Assembly (NCBI GenBank): GCA_951406725.2
Contig: OX597815.1
Coordinates: 161,324,001 to 161,388,000, forward strand
Length of the DNA stretch: 64,000 bases
DNA from: Octopus vulgaris
Taxonomy: Eukaryota
Direction of reading: 5' to 3'
Shown piece by piece: positions 60,538 through 64,000 of the stretch (its first letter is position 1; the number at the start of each line of letters is the position of its first letter). Below the pieces are notes generated by a model. The model was not told the DNA's origin. It saw nothing but the letters and a program-made list of their open reading frames with translations, and did not search any database. The position numbers and the translations under genes were made by a program.

Positions 60538-60725
60538 ATCATCATCATCATCATCATCGTTATCATCATCAGCATCATCATATAACGTCCATGTTCCATG
60601 CTGGCATGGGTTGGACAGTTTCACAGGATTGGCTGTGTCCAAGGACTACAGTGAGCTCCAGTGTCTTCTCTGATGTGGTTTTTATGGCTGGATGCCCTTC
60701 CTAATGCCAACCAACCACTTTACAG
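60538..60725 (-). mobile_element. Diverged RTE-type tail copy
   Basis: (CAT)n...aacgtccatgttccatgctggcatgggttggac...ggatgcccttcctaatgccaac. Confidence 0.75.
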
Positions 60726-61467
60726 CCAGTATATGAATAATGTTGAGTTTGACAAAAAGTATATTATTAACATGAACCAAAAACAGACAATATGAAAAAT
60801 GATTATCTAATACAACAAATTGTACTACTGAAATTTCTTATTCCCATACATATATTTATGAATATGTATGTATTTCTATGTGCATTATGCTCACACATAC
60901 CCACGTTTATATGTGTAAGACATACAAACTTATATACATATATAATATGTGTTTATTCATATGTATGATGCTAAATATATCTGTGTTTGTGTGCAGATAT
61001 TTGCACAAGCACATGAATATACACATTTAAGAATACACTACTAAATTAGAGTAAACATACCTGAATGTCATGAACGAATAAAATGGAAATAAAGTGGAAT
61101 AAAAGTGGAAATAAAAGGAAAAAAAATATATTACACAAGATAACATTTTATAGATAAATTGTCGGATTCATGAGCACGTATTCAACTTTATAAAATAAAA
61201 TAATAAAGCAAGAAGCAAAGTATGACAGCTTTAAGAATATAAATTTTGAGTGTGACAGAAAGTAAACTGATAATGTAATGTATAAAAAAATATGGTGCAA
61301 ATTAATGTATGAAATACCAGAGCTAAGTGTATGAATGTAAAATAAAATAAAACAATATGAGTACATTTCTGATTCAACGATAAATGAGAACAAGCAAAAA
61401 AAAATTTGAAGATAAATAGTTTATAGATTGGCAAAAACATTCACCCATGCATGGTTATTATTATTAT

Positions 61468-61515
<48 letters not shown>

Positions 61516-61536
61516 TACTATTATTATTATTATTAT

Positions 61537-62019
61537 TCTATGTCTGACTTTTGTTTTACATTTGCACAAGCTAGCTCCAAGTCTCACCCAGAGACCTCAA
61601 GAGACAACAAGTTAGAAGTTCATGTTGGTGTTATGCCTAGAGTGCCATATATTTGGTTTTGTACCTAGTGTTGTACTAGTGAATGCCTAAAAAGCCATCT
61701 GAAAATTATGTTTGTTTTAAAACTTGAGATTACATAGAAAGTATTTTTGCGTAAGATATGAGCAGTTCCCATGAGCACTATCTTTTGAATTTCTGCCATT
61801 TTGGGGTTTCCTGGTATCTGAGTTAGGTAGCAATCAGCCCCTTTTGCTATCATTCCCAGGGCACCTCTGACAACAGGTATTGTTTTAGTCTTCAGGTTCC
61901 ACATTTTGCTGATTTCTATTTCCAGATCTTTATATTTGCTCAATTTCTGGTAGGTCTTGACAGATACATTTATATCAATTGGGACAGTCATATCAATGAG
62001 GAGGCATGTTCTTTGTCTG
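61537..62019 (-). mobile_element. Dong/R4-clade LINE 3' fragment (RLE C-terminus + UTR) in (TAA)n
   Basis: TCLLIDMTVPIDINVSVKTYQKLSKYKDLEIEISKMWNLKTKTIPVVRGALG; (ATT)n/(ACT)n flanks. Confidence 0.88.
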
Positions 62020-62044
62020 TATTATTATTATTATTATTATTATT

Positions 62045-62460
62045 GAGTGAGAGAGCAGTGCGTGCCATCAAAGTGGCATTGGGGTACAGATATACAAAAT
62101 CAAATATAGCCATCATGACTACCTGTCTGATAAGGGTACACTAGGCACATGCATCACAACCATATGTGTGCAACATAGTGACCTTATATCAAGATAAGCA
62201 GCACATGACCTTGCAGGTGGAGCCCAGTTATAATTCTTTCCAGGCCAAGTAGTCCATCCCACTCGGAGGGTCTCTGAATAAGGTTTGTTTAAGGATGATG
62301 AACAAAACACCTATGTTTCTAAAGGTGAATTATTCAAGTCTTAAAGAATTCCTCTCAACATATGGCTATGATGTTCCCACACAATAGCCCATCTTTTATA
62401 TCAAGACAAAACAAGTACATAACACTTCCAAACAGTTAATATCAGAAGCTATGAGGGCCA
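62045..62460. mobile_element. Unclassified interspersed repeat
   Basis: 62328-62380 is inversely similar to 30850-30905. Confidence 0.45.
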
Positions 62461-62506
62461 CTGCCTGGTATTATTATCATTAGTTGAGGTAATGAGATGG
62501 CAGAAT

Positions 62507-62850
62507 CATTAGTATGCTGGGCAAAGTGCTTAGCAACATTTTGTTCATCTTTACACTCTGATTTCAAATTTCACTGAGGTCAACTTTGCCTTTCATCTTT
62601 TCAGGGTCAATAAAATAAGTACCAGCTGAACACTAAGGTCAATGTAACTGACTTACTCCCTCCCCCAAAATTACTGGCTTTGTGCCAAAATTTGAAACCA
62701 TTATTATTATTAATCAAATTCAATCAAGTTCTACCTTATATCTTTTTGGCATCAATAAGAAAAAAGAACCAATTACACAATGTTGTTGATGTAATCAACT
62801 TACCACCCCACTCAAAAAGTGCTGGCCTTGTGCCAAAATTTGAAACCATA
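62507..62850 (+). mobile_element. SINE family B copy plus tail fragment
   Basis: Family B core and ggccttgtgccaaaatttgaaacc tail followed by (ATT)n. Confidence 0.8.
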
Positions 62851-62977
62851 ATTATTATTATTATTATTATCATCATTATTATTATTGCTATTATTATTGC
62901 TATTATTATTATTATTATTATTACTATTATTATTATTTTTATTATTACTATTATTATTATTACTATTATTATTATTA

Positions 62978-63533
62978 TTCTATGTTTGACTTTTGCTTTA
63001 TGTCTGTACAAGTTGGCTCCAAGTCTCACCCAGAGACCTCAAGAGACAACAGGTTGGAAGTTCTGTGCCATATATTTGGGGGGTTTCTTTTTGGTTTTTT
63101 TTTTGGTGTTGTACTAGTAAATGTCTAATACATAAAAAAAATATATAAAATAAAAAAAATAAAATAAAATAAAAAAAGAAATAAAAATACAAAAAAAAGT
63201 TTGTTTTAAACCTTGGGATTACATAGAGAGTATTTTGCGTAGGATATGAGCAGTTCCCATGAGCACTATCTTTTGAATTTCTGCCATTTTGGGGTTTCCT
63301 GGTATCTGAGTTAGGTAGCAATCAGTCCCTTTCGCTATCATTCCCAGGGCACCTATGACAACAGGTATTGTTTTAGTCTTCAGCTTCCACATTTTGCTGA
63401 TTTCTATTTCAAGATCTTTATATTTGCTCAGTTTTTGGTAGGTCTTGACAGATACGTTTATATCGATTGGGACAGTCATATCAATGAGGAGGCATGTTCT
63501 TTGTCTGAAGTCTTTCAATATGATGTCTTTCAA
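62978..63533 (-). mobile_element. Dong/R4-clade LINE 3' fragment, second copy, in (TAA)n
   Basis: Open frame DIILKDFRQRTCLLIDMTVP...KYKDL...IPVVIGALG...QKIVLMGTAHILRKILSM*; (ATT)n both sides. Confidence 0.9.
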
Positions 63534-63597
<64 letters not shown>

Positions 63598-63602
<5 letters not shown>

Positions 63603-64000
63603 AATTCTGCTGTGGTCAACTTTGCCTTTCATCCTTTTTGGGTTGATGAGATAAGTACCAGTCAAACACTAGTGTTAGTCTAACTGACTTACACCCTTCC
63701 CCAAAATCGCTGGCTTTGTGCCAAAATTTGAAGTCACTATTATTGTTATTATTATTTTTGAAATTCGTTTGAGGTCTACCTTGCCTTTCATCCTTTCAGA
63801 GTCAGTAACCAGTTAAGCACTAGGGTCAATATAGCCGACGAGTCCCCTTCCCCAAAATTTCAGGCATTGTGCCTATTGTAGAAAGGATTATTATTATTAT
63901 TATTATTATTAGAAGGTGGCAAGCTAGCAGAATCGTTAGCACACTGGATGAAATGCTTAACAGTATTTCACCCATCACTGCGTTCTGAGTTCAAATTCTG
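63598..64000 (+). mobile_element. Cluster of SINE family B copies separated by (ATT)n
   Basis: Family B cores near 63600, 63760 and 63912 (the last runs off the window). Confidence 0.8.

Overview
AT-rich, repeat-saturated animal genomic DNA, probably intronic or intergenic. The SINE, RTE and Dong repertoire and the dense (TA)n/(CA)n/(ATT)n microsatellites suggest an octopus genome; this is an inference from recognised repeat families and was not confirmed by a search. No host protein-coding gene is securely identifiable, and nearly all listed ORFs are microsatellite or antisense artefacts. Real coding remnants are all transposon-derived: a young 5'-truncated RTE LINE (APE+RT, one 1-bp frameshift, C4HC3 PHD-like finger after the RT core), older RTE and CR1-group fragments, two Dong/R4 RLE fragments in (TAA)n, a full-length IR/DR Tc1 element with a dead transposase, and mariner, hAT and piggyBac MITEs. 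There are several tRNA-derived SINE families. The most striking signal is about a dozen type I hammerhead-ribozyme-like motifs from about six unrelated short non-coding elements. Many lie in palindromic or tandem arrangements typical of Penelope pseudo-LTRs and retrozymes. They include a tRNA-headed, hammerhead-tailed SINE-like palindrome (16116-16969), a perfect 122-bp palindrome encoding a hammerhead on each strand (27100-27221) and a tandem with 322-nt spacing (4464-5080). All structures were folded by eye and none was computed. Boundaries of degraded repeats are approximate.
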